Origin: a bacterium
GTDB lineage: Bacteria; Patescibacteriota; Dojkabacteria; JAOAGR01; JBAXGO01
DNA: 64,000 nucleotides
NCBI GenBank assembly: GCA_037139335.1
Contig: JBAXGO010000001.1
Span: forward strand, 4,503-68,502
Direction of reading: 5' to 3'
Part shown: in pieces, positions 50,874 to 60,802 of the stretch
How positions within the stretch are numbered: position 1 is the stretch's first letter
Layout of the letters: each line of letters begins with the position of its first letter
The notes under the pieces: generated by a model
What the model saw: the letters and a program-made list of their open reading frames with translations, nothing else
What the model was told of the DNA's origin: nothing
Databases searched by the model: none
Position numbers and translations under genes: made by a program

Positions 50874-51860
50874 ATGGCACAAATAGATAACTCAAAAGAA
50901 ACCATATCAACGTTTCTTGAAGCTGGTCTTCATTTCGGACACCAGACAAATAAGTGGAATCCCAAAAATAAGAAATTTATTTTTGGCGAAAAAAGTGGTA
51001 TTCATATTATTGATGTATCACAAACAGTAAATTATCTCAACGATGCTCTTGAATTTTTGAAGGATGCCTCAACAAAAGGAGATATTTTGTTTGTAGGTAC
51101 CAAAAAACAAGCCCAAGACATTATCAAAGACACGGCAAGACATTTAGGAATGCCTTATGTTATTTCTAGATGGCCAGGTGGTTTATTAACCAATTTTGCT
51201 AGTGTTAGACAGAGAGTTAGAAAAATTAATGAAATTTTGAAATCATTCTCTGAAGGTATCGAAAATAGAACGAAGAAAGAGTTGGTTTTAATGAAAAAAG
51301 AATTAAAAAAGCTTGAAAGATTATATGGTGGTGTCAGAGTAATGGAAAAAAAACCAGTCGCAATATTTGTAGTAGATTCTAAATACGAAAAAAATGCGGT
51401 TAGAGAAGCTATAAAACTAGGTATTCCAGTAGTTGCTTTGCACGATACTAATGCTGATCCTGATTTAATAAAATATCCAATTCCTGGAAATGATGATGCA
51501 ATCAAATCAATTCAATTGATTGCTAACTATGTAAAAGGAGTTGTTGTACAAAGAACAGGTATGCCTGATGATGTTGATTTTGATAAAATTGATGTCGATA
51601 TTCAAAAAATGACAGAAAAGCTTCATACAAAAACTTCAGTAGAAATTGAAGCAGAAAAACCAACTGTTGTAAGAGTAAAAATGACAGATATTGATTCAGA
51701 AAAGAAAACAGAGCAATCGGTTAAAACAAATGTAGCTCCAGTCAAGGAAAATGCATTTAAGCCAAGACGAGAATTTCCTGCAAAGAACGTTGTTGCAGCT
51801 AAACCTCAAGATAAGCCATTTGTAAAAAAAGAAGCTAAAACTGATACAAAAAGCAAATAA
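50874..51860 (+). CDS. rpsB: 30S ribosomal protein S2 with a C-terminal K/E-rich extension
   Basis: LEAGLHFGHQTNKWNP follows an AGGAGG SD 6 nt upstream. There is an extra acidic/basic tail of about 90 aa. Confidence 0.92.
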   Translation: MAQIDNSKETISTFLEAGLHFGHQTNKWNPKNKKFIFGEKSGIHIIDVSQTVNYLNDALEFLKDASTKGDILFVGTKKQAQDIIKDTARHLGMPYVISRWPGGLLTNFASVRQRVRKINEILKSFSEGIENRTKKELVLMKKELKKLERLYGGVRVMEKKPVAIFVVDSKYEKNAVREAIKLGIPVVALHDTNADPDLIKYPIPGNDDAIKSIQLIANYVKGVVVQRTGMPDDVDFDKIDVDIQKMTEKLHTKTSVEIEAEKPTVVRVKMTDIDSEKKTEQSVKTNVAPVKENAFKPRREFPAKNVVAAKPQDKPFVKKEAKTDTKSK

Positions 51861-51881
51861 TTATTTTTAAAATCTCGCAAT

Positions 51882-52379
51882 ATGAAAGTCAGTATAGAAG
51901 ATATCAAACTTTTAAGAGAACAAACTGCAGCAAGTCTTGCTGATGTTAAGTATGCTCTCGAGCAAGCAGAAGGCGATTATGAAAAAGCTTTGAAAGTTTT
52001 GTTTGAAAAAGGTCTTACTTCTGCAACCAAAAAAATGGAAAGAGAAGCCAATCAAGGAATAATTTATTCATATGTTCATAACTTCAGAATTGGAGTAATG
52101 ATTGAATTAAATTGTGAAACCGATTTCGTAGCTCGTAACACAGAATTTGTTGATTTAGCCAAAGATTTGGCAATTCAGATAGTACTTAATGATCCTAAAT
52201 ATATAGATTCATCTGAAGTTGAAGATTCAAAAGAAGATGTCAAAGATTTTGTACTATTAATGCAACCTTATTTTAAGGACTCTAGTATTACTATTGAAGA
52301 ATTGATAAAAAGATCTATTGCAAAATTTGGTGAAAATATTAAAGTAAGAAGATTTTATAAAATGTCATTAGGAATTTGA
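51882..52379 (+). CDS. tsf: Elongation factor Ts (short form)
   Basis: UBA-like N-terminus (LREQTAASLADVKYAL) and the TDFVARN motif. At 165 aa it is shorter than the usual ~280. Confidence 0.85.
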   Translation: MKVSIEDIKLLREQTAASLADVKYALEQAEGDYEKALKVLFEKGLTSATKKMEREANQGIIYSYVHNFRIGVMIELNCETDFVARNTEFVDLAKDLAIQIVLNDPKYIDSSEVEDSKEDVKDFVLLMQPYFKDSSITIEELIKRSIAKFGENIKVRRFYKMSLGI

Positions 52380-52383
52380 AATT

Positions 52384-52917
52384 ATGGATACTGCTAAATT
52401 GGATAAAGCTGTTGATTACTTTATTGATCAAATAAAATTTATTCATGCCAGTGGTGGTGGTAATTTGATTTTGGAAGAAGTTAAATGTGATGTTTATAAT
52501 TCCAAAATGAGAATTAAGGAATTAGGCACAGTTAATTCACTTGGTGCTGGTGCATATGTTGTAAATCTTTGGGATATGACCATTGCAGAAGAAGTCAAAA
52601 AATCCATTATGAATTCTATAAACCTTAATGCAAATGTTGATGGAGGAACTTTGAAAGTCGTATTTCCTGCTCCAACTCAAGAAAAAAGATTGGAGCTTGG
52701 AAAGTTAGTTTCAAAATATGCTGAAGACTGTCTAATAGCAATAAGAAATATTCGTCGTGATGAAATGACTCAGATTGATAAAGATTTCAAAGAAAAAATC
52801 ATATCTGAAGATCAGAAAAAAACTTTAGAAAACAAAGTTGAAGATGTTATTAAACAATTCAACAAAAAGGTTGAAGAATTAAAAGGGAAAAAAATAATTG
52901 AAATAAATACAATTTAA
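52384..52917 (+). CDS. frr: Ribosome recycling factor
   Basis: RRF family length and pattern, positioned after tsf. Confidence 0.8.
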   Translation: MDTAKLDKAVDYFIDQIKFIHASGGGNLILEEVKCDVYNSKMRIKELGTVNSLGAGAYVVNLWDMTIAEEVKKSIMNSINLNANVDGGTLKVVFPAPTQEKRLELGKLVSKYAEDCLIAIRNIRRDEMTQIDKDFKEKIISEDQKKTLENKVEDVIKQFNKKVEELKGKKIIEINTI

Positions 52918-54107
52918 TGATTGAAACTGCCATAAAAAATATATTTGAAGTATTAATGGGAATTATAACTAGTTTACCTTTAATACTTCTTTTTTTGCTT
53001 ATACTCACTGCTATCGTTTGTATTCATGAACTTGGTCATTTTTTAGCTGCAAAGAAATTTGGAGTTAAAGTAGAAGAGTTTTCAATTGGTATGGGACCTT
53101 TATTATATAAATGGGGAAAAGGAGAAACTCAATATAGTATTAGGGCATTTCCAATTGGAGGTTATGTGAAAATGCTTGGAGAAGGGGAATCAAACGATAA
53201 TCCTAGAAGTTATTCGATTGCTAAACCATGGAAAAGATTAATTATCATTTTCGCAGGTGTTTTTATGAATTTTGTTTTAGTTGCTGTTATTTTCACAGGA
53301 CTAGCTATTGCATCAGGTGGTACTTTTATTGGCGGTAGATTTAATCCTAATTACAACTATCCTTTTGGAGATAATAAATCGTCAAAAATTGGAGTTGGGT
53401 CTCTAGAAGAAGGTTCTCCTGCTCAAAAAGCTGGACTTAAATCATTAGATGTCATTATTAAAGTTAATGATATTGATTATAACGGTGTAGCAGAATATAA
53501 ATCTATTATAGATAAAAACTTAGGTAAGGAGATAAAACTAGAAGTTGCTCCATATCTTGGTGGCGTCAAAAAAAATGTTAACGTAATTCCTAGAACGAAA
53601 GAAGAATTAAAAGAAGGTCAAGGTCCTATTGGTTTTTATATACTAGGTGGAGATGCTTCGTTTATACGAGCTCAATTCGATGGCTTTTCTTTTCCATTTG
53701 CTGGCGTTTTGCAGACCTACAATGCCACTGATAACTATGTAAATACATTAGGTACTATTTTCAAACAAGCCTTTGATAAAAAGGATATACAGCCACTTGC
53801 AGACAGTGTAAGTAGTCCAGTTGGAACATATGCAGTTACCAAAAAAGTCATAGATTTAAATGGTTTTGCTGGATTAATGACTATTACAGCTCTTATTAGT
53901 TTGGCAATAGGATTTATGAATGCTATTCCTTTTCCTGCATTGGATGGCTGGCATGGTTTATTTATAATCTTTGAAATGATTTTTAAGAAGCGACCCAATG
54001 AAAAGCTTTATAATACTATAACATTCTTAGGTTTTGTGTTATTATTAGCGCTGGGGATAATCATTATGATTAAAGATGTCCTCAACTACAATAAATTATT
54101 CGGATGA
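52917..54107 (+). CDS. rseP: Site-2 protease RseP (M50 family) with a PDZ domain
   Basis: HELGHFLAAKKFG zinc motif, a PDZ segment and a C-terminal LDG motif. Confidence 0.85.
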   Translation: MIETAIKNIFEVLMGIITSLPLILLFLLILTAIVCIHELGHFLAAKKFGVKVEEFSIGMGPLLYKWGKGETQYSIRAFPIGGYVKMLGEGESNDNPRSYSIAKPWKRLIIIFAGVFMNFVLVAVIFTGLAIASGGTFIGGRFNPNYNYPFGDNKSSKIGVGSLEEGSPAQKAGLKSLDVIIKVNDIDYNGVAEYKSIIDKNLGKEIKLEVAPYLGGVKKNVNVIPRTKEELKEGQGPIGFYILGGDASFIRAQFDGFSFPFAGVLQTYNATDNYVNTLGTIFKQAFDKKDIQPLADSVSSPVGTYAVTKKVIDLNGFAGLMTITALISLAIGFMNAIPFPALDGWHGLFIIFEMIFKKRPNEKLYNTITFLGFVLLLALGIIIMIKDVLNYNKLFG

Positions 54108-54121
54108 GGAGGTGAGAATTT

Positions 54122-54325
54122 ATGTCTATAGCAGTAAGAGCTGACGAGAATCCAGAAGTTGCTTGGAGAAGACTCGTTAGAGAATTAGTTAGTAATGGTG
54201 TGTTTGAAGAATTGACGAAGAGACAGTTTTACCGAAGTAAGGGAAGCCTTATGAGGGATAAGAGAAGAGCAGTTAAAAAACAAAAGAGAAAGAGAAGTCA
54301 TGCCAAAAGAAAAGCTAAGAAATAA
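54122..54325 (+). CDS. rpsU: 30S ribosomal protein S21
   Basis: Basic 67-aa protein (ALRRLxREL...FYxxxxxxRxxKRxAxKK) with a GGAGG SD. Confidence 0.8.
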   Translation: MSIAVRADENPEVAWRRLVRELVSNGVFEELTKRQFYRSKGSLMRDKRRAVKKQKRKRSHAKRKAKK

Positions 54326-54770
54326 AACTTTTTTTCAGTGTCATTTTGTACCAAAACAGTTAGTTCAGGATATAAATATATTTCTGGATAAACTAATACA
54401 AAATGACACTTTTCTTTTTGAGTTAAATAAATGTAAAGAATTTTTTTCGATAGAGATAAACTTCCTTGATGAAATAGCAATTAGAAAATTAAATCTTGAA
54501 TATCGAGATATTGATAATTCGACCGATGTACTTAGTTTTAATTTAGGACCGGTTGGTGAGATTGATTTATGTTTTTCCATAATAGAAAAAAACGCAATTG
54601 ATCTAAAAATATCATCAAAAGAGGAGCTGTTTCGATGTATAATACATGGAATTCTTCATATACTTGGTTATGATCATATATCCAAACTAGATACTGAAAA
54701 TTTATCTCAGGAAGAAATGTTTTTATTACAGGAAAATATATTAAAAAATGTCACATCAGGTAGTCTATAG
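54300..54770 (+). CDS. ybeY: Endoribonuclease YbeY
   Basis: HGILHILGYDH zinc-binding motif. Confidence 0.85.
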   Translation: MPKEKLRNKTFFQCHFVPKQLVQDINIFLDKLIQNDTFLFELNKCKEFFSIEINFLDEIAIRKLNLEYRDIDNSTDVLSFNLGPVGEIDLCFSIIEKNAIDLKISSKEELFRCIIHGILHILGYDHISKLDTENLSQEEMFLLQENILKNVTSGSL

Positions 54771-56259
54771 AAAATACAGATCGCAAAGTTTTTTACAGTT
54801 AATTGGCCAAGAACATATTGTTCAAACTCTTTCCAATCAGATAAAATCTGATTCCATTGGTCATGCCTATCTATTTTTTGGTCCTAGAGGCTGTGGTAAA
54901 ACGTCTACAGCTAGAATATTTGCAAAAACAATTAATTGTTTAACTCCTATACAAGAAGCTGATGTACTCGTTCCATGTGAAAAATGTGAAAGTTGTATAA
55001 ATTTTTCTACTGAAGATATGGATATCTTTGAACTTGACGCTGCTTCAAACAGAGGTATTGATGATGCTCGTTTATTACGTGAAAAAGTTATATCACAACC
55101 AATTTCTCATAAATATAAAATCGTTATCCTTGATGAGGCTCATATGCTCACTAGAGAGGCTGTAAATTCTTTATTAAAGATAATAGAGGAACCTCCAGAG
55201 TATGTTGTTTTTATGTTTTGTACTACTGAATTTCATAAAATACCAATTACAATTGCTTCTAGGTGCCAGAGGTTCAAATTTCTGCTTGCCAAAGAATCTG
55301 ACATCAAAAAAAAGTTGGAGTATATATGTCAACAAGAAAAAATTGAAGTTAAAGAAAGTGATTTGAATATTATTATAAAATTGGCAAAGGGAAGTTTCAG
55401 AGATTCAGAAAGCTTATTGGAGCAGTTTATTCATACAAACAATAATAATTATTTTGATGATTTATTTAGTTTGTACAATGATAAAAATAAAATTGATAAT
55501 TTTATCGATTATATTCTTAAAGATAAAATTGAAGAATTATGGAATTTTCTTTGCGATTTAGAACAAAATCAAGAAGATCTTAAACAGCTACTTGATGTTG
55601 TAGTTGAGCGGGGGAGAGAATTGGTTGAAGCCAAAAAGATGGAATTTAAAGAGTTCACAAAACTTATACGATTGTCTGGAGGCTTTCGAAACGGAGGAAA
55701 AGAAGAATTCTTGTATCTTTTATGTCGAGTCCAGGATAAAATAAGCCAAGCCGAAGAAAAAACTTTCCCTCATCAATCTACCACGCCGACTGCTAATGCT
55801 CAAAAGCGTGTTGAATGGGATGCTCCTGTTGCTGCTAATAATAATAAAAATTCTGTTTATAATGTGGAGAAACAAGTTCAGCCATCAACTGTGAAAGCAA
55901 TACAGGTAAAAAACGAAGTTGGAGTTTTTAACGAAAGCGGTATTCTTAAAATATTTGCAGATAAAGTGGGAATATATAGCATATTGTTGAAAAGCCGTGT
56001 TGTAATTGAAGGTGAAATTGTTAAAATATTTGTAAATTCAACAGTGTCAAAAATATATCTTCAGAAGAACAAGGTTGGAGCCGAAATTATGGATAAGTTT
56101 AAGGAGGTAAAAGATGTTATAATTGACTTCGTGCATAGCGCGAGTAATATTTCAGAACCTAATAAAACTTCAGAAAAATCCGATATTCAAGGGAAAAAAG
56201 ATGCTGGTGGGGAAGTGTCGGTTGATTTAGAAGAAATATTTGGTTCAAAATTTCAATAA
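54748..56259 (+). CDS. dnaX: DNA polymerase III subunit gamma/tau
   Basis: AAA+ clamp-loader motifs (GPRGCGKT, the SRC-like region) and a zinc module (CEKCESC). Confidence 0.9.
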   Translation: MSHQVVYRKYRSQSFLQLIGQEHIVQTLSNQIKSDSIGHAYLFFGPRGCGKTSTARIFAKTINCLTPIQEADVLVPCEKCESCINFSTEDMDIFELDAASNRGIDDARLLREKVISQPISHKYKIVILDEAHMLTREAVNSLLKIIEEPPEYVVFMFCTTEFHKIPITIASRCQRFKFLLAKESDIKKKLEYICQQEKIEVKESDLNIIIKLAKGSFRDSESLLEQFIHTNNNNYFDDLFSLYNDKNKIDNFIDYILKDKIEELWNFLCDLEQNQEDLKQLLDVVVERGRELVEAKKMEFKEFTKLIRLSGGFRNGGKEEFLYLLCRVQDKISQAEEKTFPHQSTTPTANAQKRVEWDAPVAANNNKNSVYNVEKQVQPSTVKAIQVKNEVGVFNESGILKIFADKVGIYSILLKSRVVIEGEIVKIFVNSTVSKIYLQKNKVGAEIMDKFKEVKDVIIDFVHSASNISEPNKTSEKSDIQGKKDAGGEVSVDLEEIFGSKFQ

Positions 56260-56282
56260 TTATATTTTTAAAAAAATTTTTT

Positions 56283-56585
56283 ATGGTAAATCCTATATCG
56301 CAAATAAACAAAGTTAACAAATTAAGAAAAATTGGTGAACAAAAAAAGAAGGAAATGGAAGCTATCAAAATTCAAGGGGTTTCCGATAAACAGAGGGTTA
56401 AAGTTACTTTAAACGGAACATATGAGATTATTCATATGGAGATAGAAGATGAATTATTATCGTCAGATAAAAAAGAAATGTTGATTAAAGCTATTTGTAG
56501 TGCTCATACAGATGCAAGAAAAAAATTAGAAAAAGAATTAGCAAAAACTATGGATATTAGTCAATTAATGGAGATGTTTAGCTAA
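56283..56585 (+). CDS. ybaB: Nucleoid-associated protein YbaB/EbfC
   Basis: 100-aa YbaB pattern in the conserved dnaX-ybaB-recR context. Confidence 0.8.
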   Translation: MVNPISQINKVNKLRKIGEQKKKEMEAIKIQGVSDKQRVKVTLNGTYEIIHMEIEDELLSSDKKEMLIKAICSAHTDARKKLEKELAKTMDISQLMEMFS

Positions 56586-56586
56586 T

Positions 56587-57204
56587 ATGCCGAATGATTT
56601 TGAGAATTTAATTAATTATATTCAAAGATTACCTGGTATCGGTCCCAAGGCTGCTACCAGGATTGCTATTTATCTACTTACTAAAGATAATAAACTTGCA
56701 AATGAATTATCGACTGCTATTTCACACACTGTAAATACGGTTGGCACATGTATTAATTGTGGTAATTTTTCAAAAAAAGGTAGTTTATGTGCGATCTGTA
56801 ATGATTCTAAGAGGAATCGAGCTTCAATAGCTATAGTAGCTGGAATATCAGATATTTATGCCATAGAAAAAGCAGGGGTTCATGATGGGATGTATTTTGT
56901 ATTTGATGCTATTGATAATTTATTCGAAGATAAATATTTATTTGATAATCAAATAGAAAAATTAGCCTCTATAATTAAAGGTTATATGGATAAAGTAGAA
57001 AGTAAAGTAGAAGTCATATTTGCTCTTCCTTATAACATTGATTCAGAAGTTGCTTGCTCAGTTATTTCCGAAAAATTAGCTGATTTATTCAGTAATAATA
57101 TACATCTAAGTAGAATTTCGCTAGGTATGCCAAGTGGTGCTGATTTTGACTATACGGATAAACTTACCATTTTGAAATCATTCAAAGGCAGAACTGTTGT
57201 GTAA
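56587..57204 (+). CDS. recR: Recombination protein RecR
   Basis: HhH motif (LPGIGPKAATRIA), a C4 zinc finger (CINCGN...CAICND) and a Toprim domain. Confidence 0.9.
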   Translation: MPNDFENLINYIQRLPGIGPKAATRIAIYLLTKDNKLANELSTAISHTVNTVGTCINCGNFSKKGSLCAICNDSKRNRASIAIVAGISDIYAIEKAGVHDGMYFVFDAIDNLFEDKYLFDNQIEKLASIIKGYMDKVESKVEVIFALPYNIDSEVACSVISEKLADLFSNNIHLSRISLGMPSGADFDYTDKLTILKSFKGRTVV

Positions 57205-57365
57205 AACCTTTCTTTATAGAAAGATTTGTTTAAAATACAGGCAAATTATATAGGATTATGTAATAACTGTGGTTTTCCTGTTATAATGTCGAGGTTAAAT
57301 CTTGAGGAAATAACCATAATATGATATAAATCGTATCGAAGTTTTTTTATATAAAGTTATTAATT

Positions 57366-57647
57366 ATGAATAAGTACGAATTGTTGGTTGTGTTGAAACC
57401 AATGTTACCAGATCCAGTAAGAAATGCAGTTGAAGAAAAGATAATTCAACTAGTTTCAGAAGGTGGTGGTTCAATATTGTCTACTGACACATTAGGTAAG
57501 AGATATTTGGCATATAGAATAAAGGGTCATACAGAAGGTTATTATTTGGTATACGATCTAGACTTGACAGCAGAAGCTATCAAAAATATAAACTCATCAT
57601 TAAGAATTATGTCACAGGTACTAAGATTTTTAGTTTTGAAAAAATAA
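57366..57647 (+). CDS. rpsF: 30S ribosomal protein S6
   Basis: MNKYELLVVLKP... matches the S6 family. Confidence 0.85.
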   Translation: MNKYELLVVLKPMLPDPVRNAVEEKIIQLVSEGGGSILSTDTLGKRYLAYRIKGHTEGYYLVYDLDLTAEAIKNINSSLRIMSQVLRFLVLKK

Positions 57648-57651
57648 AAAT

Positions 57652-58083
57652 ATGAGTAGATCATTAAACGTCGTCTTTTTAATTGGTCATTTGACTAGAC
57701 CTCCAGTAATTAAATACACCCCAAATGGTGCTGCAGTTACGAGATTTAGTATCGCCACAAATAGATCTTTTAAGAAAGCTGACGGAACTCTTGATGAAAC
57801 TGTTGAGTATCATGATTTGGAAGCATGGGGCAAATTGGCTGAAATATGTAATCAGTTACTGACTACAGGCAGTTATGTTCATGTTACTGGTGAGTTAAGA
57901 ACACAAAAGTGGACTGACCAAGCTGGTGTTAGCAGATCAAAGACAGTAATTAGATTGAGTTCAATGATTTCATTGACTGGTAAGAAAGAAGGTGTGGCTG
58001 GTTCATCAACATTATCTGATGACGAGGATCGTCCTGTTGTTGATGAGGTAGTTGAAGAAGTTGTTGACGATATGCCCTTTTAA
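57652..58083 (+). CDS. ssb: Single-stranded DNA-binding protein
   Basis: OB fold with an acidic C-terminal tail ending DDMPF. Confidence 0.9.
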   Translation: MSRSLNVVFLIGHLTRPPVIKYTPNGAAVTRFSIATNRSFKKADGTLDETVEYHDLEAWGKLAEICNQLLTTGSYVHVTGELRTQKWTDQAGVSRSKTVIRLSSMISLTGKKEGVAGSSTLSDDEDRPVVDEVVEEVVDDMPF

Positions 58084-58105
58084 GAATCATTAATATTAAC
58101 ATTTT

Positions 58106-58357
58106 ATGGCACAGAAAAAGAAAAAAAAGAAAATTAATAAAAATCATATAACGAATCTGTCATGTCCTTTATGCACAGAGGGAGTTAAAGAATTAGACTA
58201 CAAGGATTTAAGTCATTTAAAGAAGTTTGTATCAAGAAGAGGTAAAATTCTTCCTAGATCTAGAACAGGAGCTTGTGCTAAACATCAGCGTTCTATCTCA
58301 ACTGCTGTGAAAAGATCAAGATATGTAGCTTTATTGCCATTCTTAAATCTTGAGTAA
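58106..58357 (+). CDS. rpsR: 30S ribosomal protein S18
   Basis: Conserved S18 core ([22 protein letters not shown]). Confidence 0.9.
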   Translation: MAQKKKKKKINKNHITNLSCPLCTEGVKELDYKDLSHLKKFVSRRGKILPRSRTGACAKHQRSISTAVKRSRYVALLPFLNLE

Positions 58358-58359
58358 TA

Positions 58360-59592
58360 ATGAATGAATTTGAAAAAAGATACAGTAGAGATAGTTATGT
58401 CGTTTTAATTCTGTTGTGTCTTTTTTTTATTACTGTTGGTTTTTTTACGGGGAGTGTTTTTTTTCCTAGAATTGATAAAAAAACAAACTCGAACATTGAT
58501 TCGTCAGGTTTGATTAAATTTAATCAAGTCGCAGATAAATTGAATTCTGATTTTTATTATAGAGATAAATTACAAACATCTCTTGTTGAAGATTCCACCA
58601 TAAAAGGGCTTTTAGCCGGTTTAGGAGATCCTCCAACTAGATACTATAATACTCAAGAATATTCACAATATAAGGAAGCTCTTGCAGGAAATATTTTCGG
58701 TATTGGTATTGAAATTTCAAGTGATAATGGTAGCTCAAAAATAAATGCTGTTTATTCTGGCTCTCCAGCAGAAAAAGCAGGTGTACTAAAAGATGATGTT
58801 ATTATTAAAGTTGACGATAAAGATACCGAAGGTTTAACTACAAGTGATGTAGCAAATCTTATTCGTGGTCCTATTGGTACAAAGGTAACAATATCGTTTC
58901 GACGAAAAGAAGAAGTTGTCGTATTTCCAATAATTAGAGATAAGATTAAAACTGATAGTATAAAATTTTCAAATCTCAATAATGATGGTATTTGTAAAAT
59001 TGATATTTTGAGATTTACAGATGAAAGCGTAATTGCTTGGGACAATAATTGGGATGTTGCTGTTGCAAAGTTTAATGAACAAAAATGTACTAAATTAATA
59101 ATTGATTTAAGAAATAATGGTGGTGGTTATGTTGATGCTGCTAAATATTCTTTAGGTGAATTTGTTAATGATGGTACCGTAATATTCGGACAGAAAAAGA
59201 GTAATGGTTCAATTGAAAATGTCGCATCAAATAGAGATGTTATGTCAAAAAGTTCTGGCGTACCAGGAAAATTAAGAGATACTAAAACCGTTATTATAAT
59301 AAATTCCTCAAGCGCATCAGCGTCAGAAATATTTGCTGGAGCTATGCAAAGCTTAGGTCGAGCTAAGCTAGTTGGAATTAATTCGTACGGGAAAGGGAGT
59401 GTGCAAGAAACTTATCCCTTTACGGATGGTTCTGCTATGGTTTTTACTACTGCAAACTGGACTTTGCCTAACGGACAGGTCATTGATAAAAATTATCCCA
59501 TAACACCTGATCAAGTAGTGACGATATCTGAAGAAGATACAAAAATTAAAAAAGATCCTCAGTTAGATAAAGCTATAGAATTATTAAAATAA
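58360..59592 (+). CDS. ctpA: Carboxy-terminal processing protease (S41 family)
   Basis: N-terminal TM, a PDZ domain and the S41 catalytic region (NNGGGY...SASASE). Confidence 0.85.
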   Translation: MNEFEKRYSRDSYVVLILLCLFFITVGFFTGSVFFPRIDKKTNSNIDSSGLIKFNQVADKLNSDFYYRDKLQTSLVEDSTIKGLLAGLGDPPTRYYNTQEYSQYKEALAGNIFGIGIEISSDNGSSKINAVYSGSPAEKAGVLKDDVIIKVDDKDTEGLTTSDVANLIRGPIGTKVTISFRRKEEVVVFPIIRDKIKTDSIKFSNLNNDGICKIDILRFTDESVIAWDNNWDVAVAKFNEQKCTKLIIDLRNNGGGYVDAAKYSLGEFVNDGTVIFGQKKSNGSIENVASNRDVMSKSSGVPGKLRDTKTVIIINSSSASASEIFAGAMQSLGRAKLVGINSYGKGSVQETYPFTDGSAMVFTTANWTLPNGQVIDKNYPITPDQVVTISEEDTKIKKDPQLDKAIELLK

Positions 59593-59704
59593 TAATTTCA
59601 TATTATAAAAATATAGTGGTTTCATAGATTGTTGAAATACACTTATATTGTTAATTTCATAAATACAAGTTATGCTTATTATGTTATAGTATTGTATATA
59701 TAAT

Positions 59705-60802
59705 ATGGAAATGAAAAAAATTGATTTATTCAGCTCAAAGATAATACTGATTCCAATATTTCTTGGATCTATCGTTTTAACAGTATTTTTATTACAAATT
59801 GTATTTGGGTTTTTATCTCAATTTGGCTGGCTATTTATCTCATTCATTTATGCGTACATAATATATGTTTTTGTAGCACCTCTCGATAAATTATTACAGA
59901 AAATAAAGATACCATCCAAAGTTTCATTGATATTATCTTTCTTAATAATATTATTAATTCTTTCACTTTCAATAATATTTATTAATCCAGTTTTAACACA
60001 GGAATTAAACAATCTTGCAGATCAAATAAAAAGAAATAATTTTAATAGTTCTTTTGACTTATTTGTCAATGATGTTGCTAGACTGTTAAATACCGATCCT
60101 TTGCAACTTAGAGATAGTGTTATTGGTAATATTACAAAATTTGCAGAATCTATTACCAGTAACATGATTAATATATTAAGTAACGCCTTTTTTACATCTT
60201 TTCAAATAGTATTAGCTTTAATTATTGGTTACTTTTTTATCAAAGAGGGGAATACATGGTTCGAAAGATTTTTGAAATTAATTCCTCAGGGGTATCGAAA
60301 TGAAGTACATGCTATTTCTGAATATTTTAATAGAAGCGCCTCGTCGTTTTTGCGTGTACAAGTCTTTATGGCTTTTATATATGGAGTTATAAATTTTATG
60401 GTTATGAGTGGATTGGGGATTAGCTTTGCTTTAACATCTTCTATCGTTGCTTTTGTAACTTTTATAGTACCTGGCGTTGGACCTTTCATATCAGTACTTA
60501 TTCCTATTATTGTTGCTTTCTTATTTGATGCAAATAAAGTAGTTCTATTAATAATAATATTACTTTTTGTTCAGCAAATAATATTAAATGTCCTAATACC
60601 TAGACTTTATGGCGATAAAGTAGGTGTTCATCCACTTGTTATTTTACTTTCTATACTTATAGGCATTCAACTCTTTGGAGTGCTAGGGGTATTGATTTTT
60701 ATACCAGTTGTAACGGTTATTATAAATGTAGCTTCTATATATTTTGAAAAAACAATTCGGTTATCGAATAGTGAGGAAGTGGAAAATATTAAAGAGTTAT
60801 AG
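59705..60802 (+). CDS. AI-2E family transporter (UPF0118/PerM-like) membrane protein
   Basis: Eight predicted TM segments with the spacing typical of the family. Confidence 0.5.
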   Translation: MEMKKIDLFSSKIILIPIFLGSIVLTVFLLQIVFGFLSQFGWLFISFIYAYIIYVFVAPLDKLLQKIKIPSKVSLILSFLIILLILSLSIIFINPVLTQELNNLADQIKRNNFNSSFDLFVNDVARLLNTDPLQLRDSVIGNITKFAESITSNMINILSNAFFTSFQIVLALIIGYFFIKEGNTWFERFLKLIPQGYRNEVHAISEYFNRSASSFLRVQVFMAFIYGVINFMVMSGLGISFALTSSIVAFVTFIVPGVGPFISVLIPIIVAFLFDANKVVLLIIILLFVQQIILNVLIPRLYGDKVGVHPLVILLSILIGIQLFGVLGVLIFIPVVTVIINVASIYFEKTIRLSNSEEVENIKEL

